From Candidatus Dormiibacterota bacterium (GTDB lineage Bacteria > Chloroflexota > Dormibacteria > Aeolococcales > Aeolococcaceae), in contig OY970355.1 of assembly GCA_963718525.1 (NCBI GenBank), forward strand, positions 1,248,001 through 1,312,000: a stretch of DNA of 64,000 nucleotides, in the 5' to 3' direction. Both the position numbers and the translations under genes were made by a program. A model generated the notes under the pieces. It was given only the letters and a program-made list of their open reading frames with translations, was not told the origin of the DNA and searched no databases. The stretch's first letter is position 1, and every line of letters begins with the position of its first letter. This document shows positions 41,550 to 51,160 of the stretch, in pieces.

Positions 41550-42542
41550 CTACGCGGGGGTTTCCGCAGGACGGTCGAACGCGCGGGCCCGTCGCCCTCG
41601 TGGGCTCCGACCCGCGAGCAGCAGCCAGGAGTAGAGGAGCAATCCAACCGACCCCCCGATCGCCAGCTTGGCCCCGCCCGGTAGCGTGCTCGGTGAGACG
41701 AATGTCTCGAGGATGCCCGCGATGATGAGCAGGCTGGCAGCGCCGAGTACGAGCATCACGGCGCGCACCGCCACTCGCGCGAGCGCTTCGGTGCGGCGGA
41801 GCTGTCCCGGGCGCAGGATGGCGTCACCCAGCATGAGCCCGGTGCCGCCGCTGATCACGATCACGCTGAGCTCGAGAATCCCGTGGGGCACGATCAGTGA
41901 CCAGAACTGATAGTTGTAGCCGCCCAGCTGGACGGCGGCCGCCACTGTGCCGAGCACCCACCCGTTGGTGACCAGAATGAACGCTGTCGGAATGCCGAGC
42001 AGCATCCCCCCCGCGAAGCAGATCAGGGCCACTCGGATGTTGTTCTGAATGATGAAAGCAGCCGCGAACGGTGCGTCCTGCACACCGCTGCCGATCTGGC
42101 CGCGCGCCATCTCGTCAAAGAGTGACGGCGGCACCAGCGACGCACGCAGGTCGGGGCGCACGAAAACAGCGACCCACCCGGCAATGAACCCGATCACCAT
42201 GAGCGCCAGGCTGGCAACGATATAGGGCCACGCCCCCCGAAAGGAACGCGGCAGCGCGGTCGCGAAAAACGGCCCCACCGCTCCCAACCGCCATGGCCTC
42301 CCCCGGTAGAGCAGTGGATGTGCTCGCGCGCATAGCGCGTTGAGGTATTCCGTGATCGGCGCATCGGGGTGATCTCGACGAGCGATCGCCAGATCGCTCG
42401 ATGTCTGGCGGAGCAGGAGCCCGAAGCGCTCGATGTCGCTGGCCGGCTGGTTGCGGAGCCGGCCGCGCTTCGCGGCCTTGATCACTGCCTCGAGCGCTGC
42501 CCAGCGCGTCTGTCGCTCGGCGATGAAGGCGTCGAGGCTCAC
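41550..42542 (-). CDS. SpoIIM-like (DUF95) membrane protein
   Basis: SDLA.AR, YLN.L, NNIRVA..FAGG, PHG.LEL, AG.LE.FVSP. Confidence 0.88.
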   Translation of the reverse strand: MSLDAFIAERQTRWAALEAVIKAAKRGRLRNQPASDIERFGLLLRQTSSDLAIARRDHPDAPITEYLNALCARAHPLLYRGRPWRLGAVGPFFATALPRSFRGAWPYIVASLALMVIGFIAGWVAVFVRPDLRASLVPPSLFDEMARGQIGSGVQDAPFAAAFIIQNNIRVALICFAGGMLLGIPTAFILVTNGWVLGTVAAAVQLGGYNYQFWSLIVPHGILELSVIVISGGTGLMLGDAILRPGQLRRTEALARVAVRAVMLVLGAASLLIIAGILETFVSPSTLPGGAKLAIGGSVGLLLYSWLLLAGRSPRGRRARAFDRPAETPA

Positions 42543-43315
42543 GGATGGCGCTGGTCGAGCTGCAGGTACACGCGCTCGATGAAGAGCTCCGGCGGCCACA
42601 GGCGCTCCGGCGCACCGGGTGGAAGCCCGAGGCGGTCGAAGAGGCGCCGCGAGATGTCGGCGGCGAGCTCAGCTCTGAGCTTCTGGCTGAGCCCCGGACG
42701 AGAGAGGAACACTCGAAGCGCGTCGCGTTCGAAACCACCGATGCGGTCGATTCCGTCAATCGGGGGACCGGCGTCGGGGGTTCGAAGAATGATCGGTGGC
42801 GGTGCGACCGCCGCCGCGAGAGTGACCATCGCCCGGTCGCGGACGACGATCGTGCCTGCGCCGAGGTCCCCGAGGCGGCGTGTCTGCGGCTGAAAGAACA
42901 TCACGACAATGCCGATGAGCACGACGACGACGTCAACGATGCGGATGACATTGCGAACTGCGAGCGCACCGAAGTCGGCAGCGGAGCCGTCGACCCGGAT
43001 GACGCGCAAGCCCATGGCGCTCTTGCCCGGAGTCTTGCCCCCTGTCACCGCCTCCGCCACGAAGAAGTATCCAAAGTACACGAATCCTGCGAAGAACCCC
43101 GCGCCGGCGCCCGCGAAGCCGGCGCCTTCGGAGCTGGTGACGAACACGCTGGCGAGGGCTCCGTAGAGGAGGATCGCAACCAGGGTGAGTGGGAGCGCGA
43201 TCAGGTTGTCCAGAATCTGCGCCACGAGACGGCTCCCCAGGCCCGCGACGCCGTATCCCAACGTGACGTTGTCGGACGTCTTGACGCTGATTGTGTCGAG
43301 CTGGCTCGAATCCAC
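42539..43315 (-). CDS. RDD-family membrane protein
   Basis: AGLGSR..A.ILD, GKTPGK..GLRV, RRLGDL.AGT.VV. Confidence 0.9.
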   Translation of the reverse strand: MDSSQLDTISVKTSDNVTLGYGVAGLGSRLVAQILDNLIALPLTLVAILLYGALASVFVTSSEGAGFAGAGAGFFAGFVYFGYFFVAEAVTGGKTPGKSAMGLRVIRVDGSAADFGALAVRNVIRIVDVVVVLIGIVVMFFQPQTRRLGDLGAGTIVVRDRAMVTLAAAVAPPPIILRTPDAGPPIDGIDRIGGFERDALRVFLSRPGLSQKLRAELAADISRRLFDRLGLPPGAPERLWPPELFIERVYLQLDQRHP

Positions 43316-43380
43316 CGAATCATCGTCGCACGCTCAACGGCGCCCGCCACCGCCGTCGCGAGACGGTGACCGCGGTTCCG

Positions 43381-43593
43381 TCAGTCGATGACGGCGACTG
43401 TCTGACCCTCCTGCACGACCTCACCCTCGGTGACCAGGATCTGCTTGACGGTACCCGAGGTCGGAGCCGTGATCGGGATCTCCATCTTCATCAACTCGAG
43501 GATCATCAGCGTGTCGTCCTCCTCGACCGCCTGACCAACCTCGACGACGATCTTCCAGAGATTGCCGACCAGTTCGGCCTTGACCTCGGTCAC
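43381..43593 (-). CDS. Stand-alone biotin/lipoyl carrier domain protein
   Basis: ILE(L)MKMEIPI biotinylation motif; 70 aa. Confidence 0.88.
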   Translation of the reverse strand: MTEVKAELVGNLWKIVVEVGQAVEEDDTLMILELMKMEIPITAPTSGTVKQILVTEGEVVQEGQTVAVID

Positions 43594-43626
43594 CGTGCCC
43601 TCCTCATACCGGTGGCACGCGCTACG

Positions 43627-44565
43627 TCAGGCAGCGACGCCGATGATCCTGCCGTCGACCCAGCCCGTCCAACCGTTGGAGCAGATCACGCGCGCCCATG
43701 CGCCGCGAACTTCAGCCACCTGAATCGGCAGGCCGGGCGCGAGGTTGGCGACCACGGGACCCGAAGGATCCGGGGCGCCCCAAGCGCGCATTCCCTGCGG
43801 AGGCACGGAGTGACTCGGGCTCCATCCGCCGGCAGGCGCGGGCTGAGGCACCGGCTGCGCCTGCACGGGTTGCGCCTGGTATGGCTGGACCGGCTGAGGC
43901 GTGTAGGTCTGCTGCACCGGCTGTGCCTGCAACGGTTGGGGCGTGAAGCTGGGTGTTGGCAGCGGCTGAGCGACCGGGATCCCGGCGGGCATGGAGCTCG
44001 GCTGCGGAATCGAAGGTTGCTGGAAGGTGGAATCTGTGAAGGAGGGCTCGGGCGTCACCGGAGTGTCCACAACCGACGTCGAGTCAGGCTCGGAATCCGC
44101 GTCAACGGCATCGCTCGCGACCGTCGCGGCCTCGGCGTCAACCGCGGATGCTGTCTCGACGCCACCGATGGCATCGAGCAGGGTGCTGGTGCGCGCCAGC
44201 TCCGCGACCGCCTGGACGAAGGTGTGCTTGCTCAACCCGTCGAGGTACACGTACGTCTGGGCAACCACAGTGGTGTCCAGACCGGAGCGCTCGGCTGCGG
44301 CGGTGACCGAACCGGGGCGCGATGCGATGAGCCGGTTGGCTGCGTCGACGTTGTCGCCGCTGAGGGTCACGCTCCGCCGGATGGTGACGCGATCGGCGCC
44401 CGCCGACTTGACCACGACGAGGTCGACCGGAGCGGAGCTGAGCGTTCCTGCCTTGAGCCCGAACGCGAAGTCCGTGCCAGGCTCGAAGCGGTCGGAGGCA
44501 ATCTCCAGGTCGTCATCCGACGAGCACCAGCCGGTGATGCTCTGCTTGACCTCATCAGGTGTCAT
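43627..44565 (-). CDS. Hypothetical protein: globular N-domain, acidic and Pro/Gln-rich linker, C-terminal SH3-like domain
   Basis: C-terminal ..GAWARV..SNGWTGWVD is typical of bacterial SH3 domains. Confidence 0.65.
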   Translation of the reverse strand: MTPDEVKQSITGWCSSDDDLEIASDRFEPGTDFAFGLKAGTLSSAPVDLVVVKSAGADRVTIRRSVTLSGDNVDAANRLIASRPGSVTAAAERSGLDTTVVAQTYVYLDGLSKHTFVQAVAELARTSTLLDAIGGVETASAVDAEAATVASDAVDADSEPDSTSVVDTPVTPEPSFTDSTFQQPSIPQPSSMPAGIPVAQPLPTPSFTPQPLQAQPVQQTYTPQPVQPYQAQPVQAQPVPQPAPAGGWSPSHSVPPQGMRAWGAPDPSGPVVANLAPGLPIQVAEVRGAWARVICSNGWTGWVDGRIIGVAA

Positions 44566-44615
44566 GGTTTGATCTCCTCTCCGCGTCCTCGTGGGCTGCG
44601 GCGACTATACGGTGT

Positions 44616-45533
44616 TCACGATGCGCGGGCCGGGCGGGCTGCGGACTCGCCCATCGCGAGCAAGCCGTCCAGCACGTCACCGATTTTATTGAGAGCAAGC
44701 GAGAGGTGGCCCTCCTCGGGGAGGAGGTGCTGCTGCGCTCCGGGGATGTGCGCTGCAAGCCACGCTCCGTGCGCCATCGGCACCATCCGGTCCTCGCCTC
44801 CCTGCCAGACGGCGACGGGGGTCTGGATGGACGAGAGAGAGAACCCCCAGGGGTTCACGAACGCCATGTCGTCATCTCGCCACCCGGCGATGCCGGTCGA
44901 GATGGCTCCGCGGAGACTCGCGGTCATGAACTCGGCGTACCCGCCCGTCAGAGCGGCCTTGTCGACGTCGCTGACCAGGCCCCCAAACGAGGCGGCCACA
45001 TCGGCGGGTTCGACGTCCTGGAGCCCGGCTGCTTCTCGATAGAGGTATGCCTCCAAAGGTTCGCGACCCTGCATGGTTGCGCCGAACTCCTCGAGATTCT
45101 CCGGTCCCATCCCGGCGAACCAGTCGAGCCCGTCGGCGGGCCAGGGCGCCACGCCGGCGAGTGTCGCCGTCGCAATCACGCGGTCCGGCAGCAGCGCCGC
45201 GCAGGCCAGCGCATGCGGCCCACCACCCGACTGGCCTGCGCAGAAGAAGGCTCCGATGTTCAACGAGTTGAGGATGGCCTGCACGTCGGTGGCTACATCG
45301 CTCACCGCGCGGCCCGCCATGGGCGACGAGCGGGCGTAGCCAGGCCGGGAGAAGGTCACGAGGCGCAGATCGCGCTCGGCGAGGGCCGCGACCAGGGGTG
45401 GATAGGCGCCTGCAGCCGAAGGCGTCCCGCTGTGAAAGAGGAAGCAACGGCCGTCTTCGGGTCCCGCGGAAACCACCTGCAACTGCCGGCCGTCCGGCGC
45501 CTGGACCATCTGCGTACGAGCTTCGGAACTCAC
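44616..45533 (-). CDS. Alpha/beta hydrolase
   Basis: DGRQL, HSGTP, RPGY, GQSGGGPHAL nucleophile elbow, GED..VP, GH.S. Confidence 0.9.
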   Translation of the reverse strand: MSSEARTQMVQAPDGRQLQVVSAGPEDGRCFLFHSGTPSAAGAYPPLVAALAERDLRLVTFSRPGYARSSPMAGRAVSDVATDVQAILNSLNIGAFFCAGQSGGGPHALACAALLPDRVIATATLAGVAPWPADGLDWFAGMGPENLEEFGATMQGREPLEAYLYREAAGLQDVEPADVAASFGGLVSDVDKAALTGGYAEFMTASLRGAISTGIAGWRDDDMAFVNPWGFSLSSIQTPVAVWQGGEDRMVPMAHGAWLAAHIPGAQQHLLPEEGHLSLALNKIGDVLDGLLAMGESAARPARAS

Positions 45534-45582
45534 CGTCTCATGGTACCGAGCCGCCCGCGAACGTGACCAGGCACGACGCGTT

Positions 45583-45948
45583 TCAGGGTTCGAGGTCGTA
45601 TGCGGTGGCATGCGAAGGCTGATAGAGCCCGACCTCGCCGCCACCGGGAATACGCATGCGGATGAGGCGTCCGAACCGTGCCTCGGTGATCGGTGCGGAG
45701 AACTCCGCGCCCTTCGCGGTCAGCTCGGCAACGGTCCGATCGATGTCCTCGCACATCAGGAAGAGCTCGTGATAGCCGCCGGGCGATCCCTCGCCGGAGG
45801 GGTGGATGCCGAGCTCGGCCGGAGGAAGCTTGAAGATGAGCCAGCCACCATGGATGTCGACGTTCGGCATCTCGAGCACATCACGAAAGAACGCCCTGGC
45901 CCGGTCCGGGTCGTCGGCATACAGGATGGCGTGGGCGGCGGTGATCAC
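45583..45948 (-). CDS. VOC/glyoxalase family protein
   Basis: H...Y..D...ARAFFRDVL, LPPAELGIHP, MCEDI. Confidence 0.88.
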   Translation of the reverse strand: MITAAHAILYADDPDRARAFFRDVLEMPNVDIHGGWLIFKLPPAELGIHPSGEGSPGGYHELFLMCEDIDRTVAELTAKGAEFSAPITEARFGRLIRMRIPGGGEVGLYQPSHATAYDLEP

Positions 45949-46079
45949 TGTCGGTCACGCCCTGACGCGATCGAGCGCGCGATCCGCAGGACGAAGACGT
46001 CCTTCTCATGCATCGCTGCCAGTGTGACGGGCTGACAACGCGTGAGGCATCCGCGATCTCAGCCGATAGGCTGCCGGAG

Positions 46080-47360
46080 GTGAGCGGATCTCTCAGGCCT
46101 GCCCGGCTGATCGTCGCGATCGCGGCGGCTGTGCTGCTCGCCTACGCGGTCATCTGGACCCAGGTCGGCAGCTTCGACATAGGCCGGAGCGATTTCACCG
46201 CGTTCTATGTCGGTGGGACGCTGCTCCGCCAGGGGCATACCGGCGATCTCTACAGCCAGGCGGTGCAGCAGCCACTGCACAGCGCGCTGATCGCCCCCGA
46301 TCCCGAGGCGAATCTTCCGTTCGTCAACACCCCGGTGGCGGCCGCACTCGTGGTACCCGTGACGTTCCTGCCCCTCGACGCCGCGTACCGGCTCTGGTCC
46401 CTCCTCGAGCTCGCCGTCCTGGTGCTCGCCGTCGTGCTGGCGATCCGGAGCGTCGAATGGCCGGACGGGACCGCCCGTGTCTGGAAGGTGGCGGCGGGAG
46501 CGGCTGCACTGGCCGGAGTGGGAACCCTGACGATGTTCGTCCAGGCGCAGTGGACGCCACTGCTCGCTCTTGGCCTGGTCCTGGCCTACCGCTGGTGGAA
46601 GAGCGGCCACCACGCAGTCGGGGCAGCGGTGCTCGTGGTGTCGGCCGGGATCGCCAAACCGCACTTGGCGCTCGGACTGCTGGCGTTCCTCGCCGGTTGG
46701 CGCGATCGCAGGCTGATCGTCGGTGCGCTGGCCGGCGCGGCGGGCCTTGCCGTCGCCTCGCTCGCGCTCGTCGGACCGGCCGGCATGGCGGGATTCGTCG
46801 GCATCCTCGCGTCGTCGACAACGCGGTGGGAGCTCGCGACCATGGTGAGCTTCATCGGGGTGGTCGGATCGCTGTTCGGAAGCGGCCTTGCGGCGCACGC
46901 GATCGGCCTCGTGGCCTCGCTCCTGGCGTGCGCCGCCGCGGTGTGGCTCGGCACGACCGTCCGTCGCGATCCCAGCCGTCTGGAATCGGCGCTCGCCGGC
47001 GCCGTCGTGCTCTCGCTGGTCGCGTCACCCCACGCTTACCCGGACGACCTGGTGATGCTCGCCCCCGCCCTGGTGATCGGCGTTGCGGTCGCGGCGCGAC
47101 GAATGCGATCCGAAGGTGCGAGCTTGACGCTGACGTCACCGCTTGCCCTGGTGTTCGGATGCTGGGCGCTGATCACGGTGGCCGCCTGCGCGGACCTCGT
47201 CGACTCCGCGGTCTTTCCGCCCGGCCAGCTGGCCGGATGGGCACTTTTGGCTGCGGCGGTGCTCGCCTGCATCACGACGGGACGCAGCCGTGTCGTGCAG
47301 AGGCTCCCAGCCTGCGCGTCAGGGGCGTCGGAAGGGCCCAAACTCGTGGCGAGCCGGTAA
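46080..47360 (+). CDS. GT87-family (GT-C) polyprenol-phosphate-sugar-dependent glycosyltransferase
   Basis: DFTAFY, PFVN.P, AQ, KP, SPH.Y.DD; polytopic membrane protein. Confidence 0.8.
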   Translation: MSGSLRPARLIVAIAAAVLLAYAVIWTQVGSFDIGRSDFTAFYVGGTLLRQGHTGDLYSQAVQQPLHSALIAPDPEANLPFVNTPVAAALVVPVTFLPLDAAYRLWSLLELAVLVLAVVLAIRSVEWPDGTARVWKVAAGAAALAGVGTLTMFVQAQWTPLLALGLVLAYRWWKSGHHAVGAAVLVVSAGIAKPHLALGLLAFLAGWRDRRLIVGALAGAAGLAVASLALVGPAGMAGFVGILASSTTRWELATMVSFIGVVGSLFGSGLAAHAIGLVASLLACAAAVWLGTTVRRDPSRLESALAGAVVLSLVASPHAYPDDLVMLAPALVIGVAVAARRMRSEGASLTLTSPLALVFGCWALITVAACADLVDSAVFPPGQLAGWALLAAAVLACITTGRSRVVQRLPACASGASEGPKLVASR

Positions 47361-47464
47361 TTCTCTCTATTGTTCGCAGCGGCGCGCGCTCCGAAGAGTA
47401 CGCGCCCCGGATCAAACCAGCGAGTCACCAGGAGCCCGTCGCAACCGCGTAGGTGGGAAGACCG

Positions 47465-48658
47465 ATGCAATTCGAACACGACGTCGTCGTCGTCGGCGGC
47501 TGCGGCCACGTGGGCCTGCCACTTGGTCTTGCCTTCGCGGAAACCGGCCTCGACGTCGTCCTGTATGACACCAATGCGGTCGTCGTCGATGTCGTCAACG
47601 GTGGATCGATGCCCTTCGCCGAAGTGGGAGCGCCTGAGGCGCTCACGCGCGTGATCGCCGCCGGCCGCTTGCACGCAACCACCGACGCTGCCGCGGTCGA
47701 CCGCGGCGAACACATCGTCGTCGTGGTGGGAACGCCGGTCGACCAGTATCTGAGCCCGGATGTCGAGGCCGTCGCTCGGGTGATCACGCCACTGATGGAC
47801 CACCTCGTCGACGGTCAGCTCGTCGTGCTGCGCAGCACCGTCTATCCCGGCGTGACCAGGCGCGTTGCGCGGTTGATCGCCAAGCTCGGGCGCGACATCG
47901 ACGTCAGCTTCTGCCCGGAGCGCATCGCGGAGGGCCACGCTCTGGTGGAGTTGCGCACGCTGCCCCAGATCGTCTCCGGAACCACTCCCCGGGCAATCGC
48001 GCGCGCCGACGCACTCTTCCGGCGGCTCACTCCCGAGATCCTCGAACTGGAACCGGAGGAGGCAGAGCTTGCCAAGCTGTTCACAAACAGCTGGCGATAC
48101 CTCAAGTTCGCCGTGGCCAACCAGCTGTACATGATTGCGAATGACAACGGCCTCGACTACGAACGGATCCGCGGCGCCGTGACCTACCACTACCCGCGCG
48201 CTGCCGACCTGCCCGGGGCGGGACTGACGGCTGGGCCGTGCCTGCTGAAGGACACCATGCAGATCACCGCGTTTGCGGAGAACCGTTTCACGCTGGGTCA
48301 CGCCGCGGTGATGATCAATGAGGGCATCCCGCTCTACGTTCTGGGGAGGCTGGAACAGCGGTTCGACCTCACGACCCTGACGGTCGGCGTCCTGGGCATG
48401 GCGTTCAAAGCCGAGTCCGATGACCCCCGATCCAGCCTGAGCTACAAGATGAAGCGCGTCCTCACGGGCAAGGCTGCGCGCGTGCTCTGCACCGACCCGT
48501 ACGTGGTGGGTGACCCGGACATCGTGCCCTTCGACATCGTTGTCGACGAGTTGGATCTGCTCATCATCGCCGCGCCGCACAAGCAGTATGTCGAGCTGCG
48601 GACCGCGAAACCGGTCGTCGACATCACCAATCTGCTCGGCAACGGGGTCAGGGTGTGA
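47465..48658 (+). CDS. Nucleotide-sugar dehydrogenase (UDP-ManNAc/UDP-GlcNAc dehydrogenase family)
   Basis: GG.GHVGLP, VGTP, RSTVYPG, CPER, AKLF.N, GPCL.KD, FKA.SDD.R.S. Confidence 0.9.
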   Translation: MQFEHDVVVVGGCGHVGLPLGLAFAETGLDVVLYDTNAVVVDVVNGGSMPFAEVGAPEALTRVIAAGRLHATTDAAAVDRGEHIVVVVGTPVDQYLSPDVEAVARVITPLMDHLVDGQLVVLRSTVYPGVTRRVARLIAKLGRDIDVSFCPERIAEGHALVELRTLPQIVSGTTPRAIARADALFRRLTPEILELEPEEAELAKLFTNSWRYLKFAVANQLYMIANDNGLDYERIRGAVTYHYPRAADLPGAGLTAGPCLLKDTMQITAFAENRFTLGHAAVMINEGIPLYVLGRLEQRFDLTTLTVGVLGMAFKAESDDPRSSLSYKMKRVLTGKAARVLCTDPYVVGDPDIVPFDIVVDELDLLIIAAPHKQYVELRTAKPVVDITNLLGNGVRV

Positions 48659-49398
48659 ACCCGCGCGTGAGCGTCGTCATTCCCGCGTACAACGAAGGTG
48701 ACGCGGTGGTGGCCTTCCTCGACCGGATCTTCGAGGCGATCACGTTGCCGGCTGAAGTCCTCGTGGTGTACGACACCAGCGAGGACACGACGGTCCCGTT
48801 TCTCGAGACGTACGCACGACGCGAACCACGACTGAGACCAGTCCTGAACACGCTTGGACGCGGCCCGGCGAACGCGATTCGCTTCGGCATCGGCCAGGCG
48901 ACCGCTGACGTGGTGGTTGTGACCATGGCGGATGGCAGCGATGATCCGATGCAGATCGATCAACTCACCCGGCTCGTCGAGCGTGGGGTCGTGGTGGCGT
49001 GTGCGTCGCGGTACATGCGTGGCGGTCAGCAGGTCGGCGGTCCGTGGGTCAAAGGCCGCGTCTCCCGCCTGGCCGGAGTCTCATTGCAACTGATCGCGCA
49101 TGTCGGCACCCACGATGCGACCAACTCTTTCAAGGCATATTCGCGCGCGTTTGTCGAGCGTGTCGGCATCGATTCGGATGCCGGCTTCGAGCTGGGCATC
49201 GAGCTGGTTGCCAAGGCGCGCCGCCTCGGTCTCCCGGTGGCCGAGCTGCCCACCATCTGGCTCGACCGCGCCAACGGCACCTCGAACTTCAAGGTGAAGG
49301 CGTGGATACCGCGCTACCTGCATTGGTATCTCTATGCACTCGGCATCAGCAGACGTGACGGTTCGGACGACGATCACCGGCCGGCGACCGGATCGTGA
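48655..49398 (+). CDS. GT2 glycosyltransferase (polyprenol-phosphate sugar synthase-like)
   Basis: VVIPAYNE, MADGS, SRY..GG, D.TNSFK, R..G.S.F. Confidence 0.85.
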   Translation: MNPRVSVVIPAYNEGDAVVAFLDRIFEAITLPAEVLVVYDTSEDTTVPFLETYARREPRLRPVLNTLGRGPANAIRFGIGQATADVVVVTMADGSDDPMQIDQLTRLVERGVVVACASRYMRGGQQVGGPWVKGRVSRLAGVSLQLIAHVGTHDATNSFKAYSRAFVERVGIDSDAGFELGIELVAKARRLGLPVAELPTIWLDRANGTSNFKVKAWIPRYLHWYLYALGISRRDGSDDDHRPATGS

Positions 49399-50420
49399 CC
49401 CGAGTCCTTGTCACCGGCTCGGCCGGCTTCATCGGCGGGTACGTGGTCGAGGAGTTGCTCAGTCGCGGTTATGAGGTCGTGGGCGTCGACAACGAGTCGA
49501 AGTACGGCCCCGTCCTCCGGTCGTTCGATGATCATCCTGCGTACAGGCTCATTCGCGGGGATGCGCGCGACTCGGCCCTAATGAGCGATGCCCTCGTGGG
49601 CTGCGACCACCTGATCGCCGGCGCTGCGATGATCGGTGGGATCTCGTATTTCCACACGTATGCCTACGACCTGCTGGCGACCAACGAGCGCATCCTCGCG
49701 GCGACCTGCGATGCCGCCATTCGCGCGCACCAGGGCGGCACGCTGAGCAAGGTCACCTACCTCAGCTCCTCGATGGTGTTCGAGTCGGCCACCTCGTGGC
49801 CTTCAGCGGAGGGCCAGGAGCTCGAGATTCCGCCTCCCGGGTCGTCGTATGGTTTTCAGAAGCTCGCCGTCGAGTACTTCGCCCGGGCCGCGCACAGTCA
49901 GCATGGGCTGCCGTACACCATCGTCCGGCCATTCAATTGTGTCGGCGTCGGCGAGGGCCGCGCGCTCGGGGACGTCGAGATTCTCAGCGGCAACGTCAAG
50001 CTGGCGATGAGCCACGTCGTGCCCGACCTGGTCCAGAAGGTGCTCAAGGGGCAGGATCCCCTGCACATCCTCGGCGATGGCTCGCAGATACGGCACTACA
50101 CATTTGCGGGCGACCTCGCGAGAGGCATCGTGACCGCGATGGAGAGTACCGCCGCGCTCAATGACGACTTCAACCTCTCAACCGTCGAGTCGACGACGGT
50201 GCTGACGCTTGCAGAGAAGATCTGGCACCGGATCAGGGGCGACGACGTGCCGTTCCGGTACGTCAGCGACACCCCGTTCGCGCATGACGTTCAGCGCCGG
50301 ATTCCCTCGGTGGACAAGGCACAGCGTGTGCTCGGGTTCGAGGCAACGACCACGCTGGATCAGATGCTTGACCACGTCATCCCGTGGATCGGGCAGGCGA
50401 TCACCGCCGGAGCCATCTGA
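49395..50420 (+). CDS. NAD-dependent epimerase/dehydratase
   Basis: TGSAGFIG, SSS.V, YGFQK, RPFN..G, GDG.Q.R. Confidence 0.9.
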   Translation: MTRVLVTGSAGFIGGYVVEELLSRGYEVVGVDNESKYGPVLRSFDDHPAYRLIRGDARDSALMSDALVGCDHLIAGAAMIGGISYFHTYAYDLLATNERILAATCDAAIRAHQGGTLSKVTYLSSSMVFESATSWPSAEGQELEIPPPGSSYGFQKLAVEYFARAAHSQHGLPYTIVRPFNCVGVGEGRALGDVEILSGNVKLAMSHVVPDLVQKVLKGQDPLHILGDGSQIRHYTFAGDLARGIVTAMESTAALNDDFNLSTVESTTVLTLAEKIWHRIRGDDVPFRYVSDTPFAHDVQRRIPSVDKAQRVLGFEATTTLDQMLDHVIPWIGQAITAGAI

Positions 50421-50422
50421 GG

Positions 50423-51055
50423 GTGAGCGCGGCGGTCGTCGGATTCGGACTCGGGTTCTTCGTGGCGCTCCAGCTCGGCCCGATGTCGCTCTTCCTGATC
50501 AGGTCGACCCTTCGCGGTGGTTGGAGGGTCGGAATCGCGATTGGCGCGGGAATCGCCACGGTGGACGCCCTCTACGCCGCTGCCGGCGCGGGCGGCGCGA
50601 CGCCGCTGTTGACCCTGCATCCCCTCCGCCTCGTGCTCGGTCTCGTGGGCGCAGCCGTCCTGATGGCGCTCGGAGTCCGGACGCTGTACGGCGCGCTCCG
50701 GGTGAGGATCGGCGGCGAGGCACCCTTCGAGGTCGCGACGCCTCGGCGCGCGTTTCTCACGGCTCTTGGCGGGACCGCTTCCAACCCTTCCACCATCGTC
50801 TCGTGGGGCGCGATCTTCGCCGCTGCAACCACTGCCGGGCTCGTCCACACGACCGGGGCCGCGATTCTCCTGGTGTGCGGTGCCGGCATCGGCAGTCTGA
50901 CGTGGGTCAGCGTGCTTGCAACGGGGGTTGCCCTGGCCGGTGGGTCCATCGGCACGCGCGCGATCCGCGTCACCGATGGCGTCGCCGGCGCCGGATTGAT
51001 CGGATTCGGGGGGGTGCTCGCTTACCACACGCTGGCCGATCCCGCGAGGAGCTGA
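50423..51055 (+). CDS. LysE-family translocator
   Basis: GP....I...L.GG...G...G.G.A..D, T.SNP.TI. Confidence 0.82.
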   Translation: MSAAVVGFGLGFFVALQLGPMSLFLIRSTLRGGWRVGIAIGAGIATVDALYAAAGAGGATPLLTLHPLRLVLGLVGAAVLMALGVRTLYGALRVRIGGEAPFEVATPRRAFLTALGGTASNPSTIVSWGAIFAAATTAGLVHTTGAAILLVCGAGIGSLTWVSVLATGVALAGGSIGTRAIRVTDGVAGAGLIGFGGVLAYHTLADPARS

Positions 51056-51160
51056 TCCCGGGCTGCGCCGCCGCCGCCATGCAGCCTCCGACTGCCGGGT
51101 TCGGTCGCGAGTGGGTGACGGCACCAGAGCGCCGGATACGCCCGGGGTACAACGACGTCC

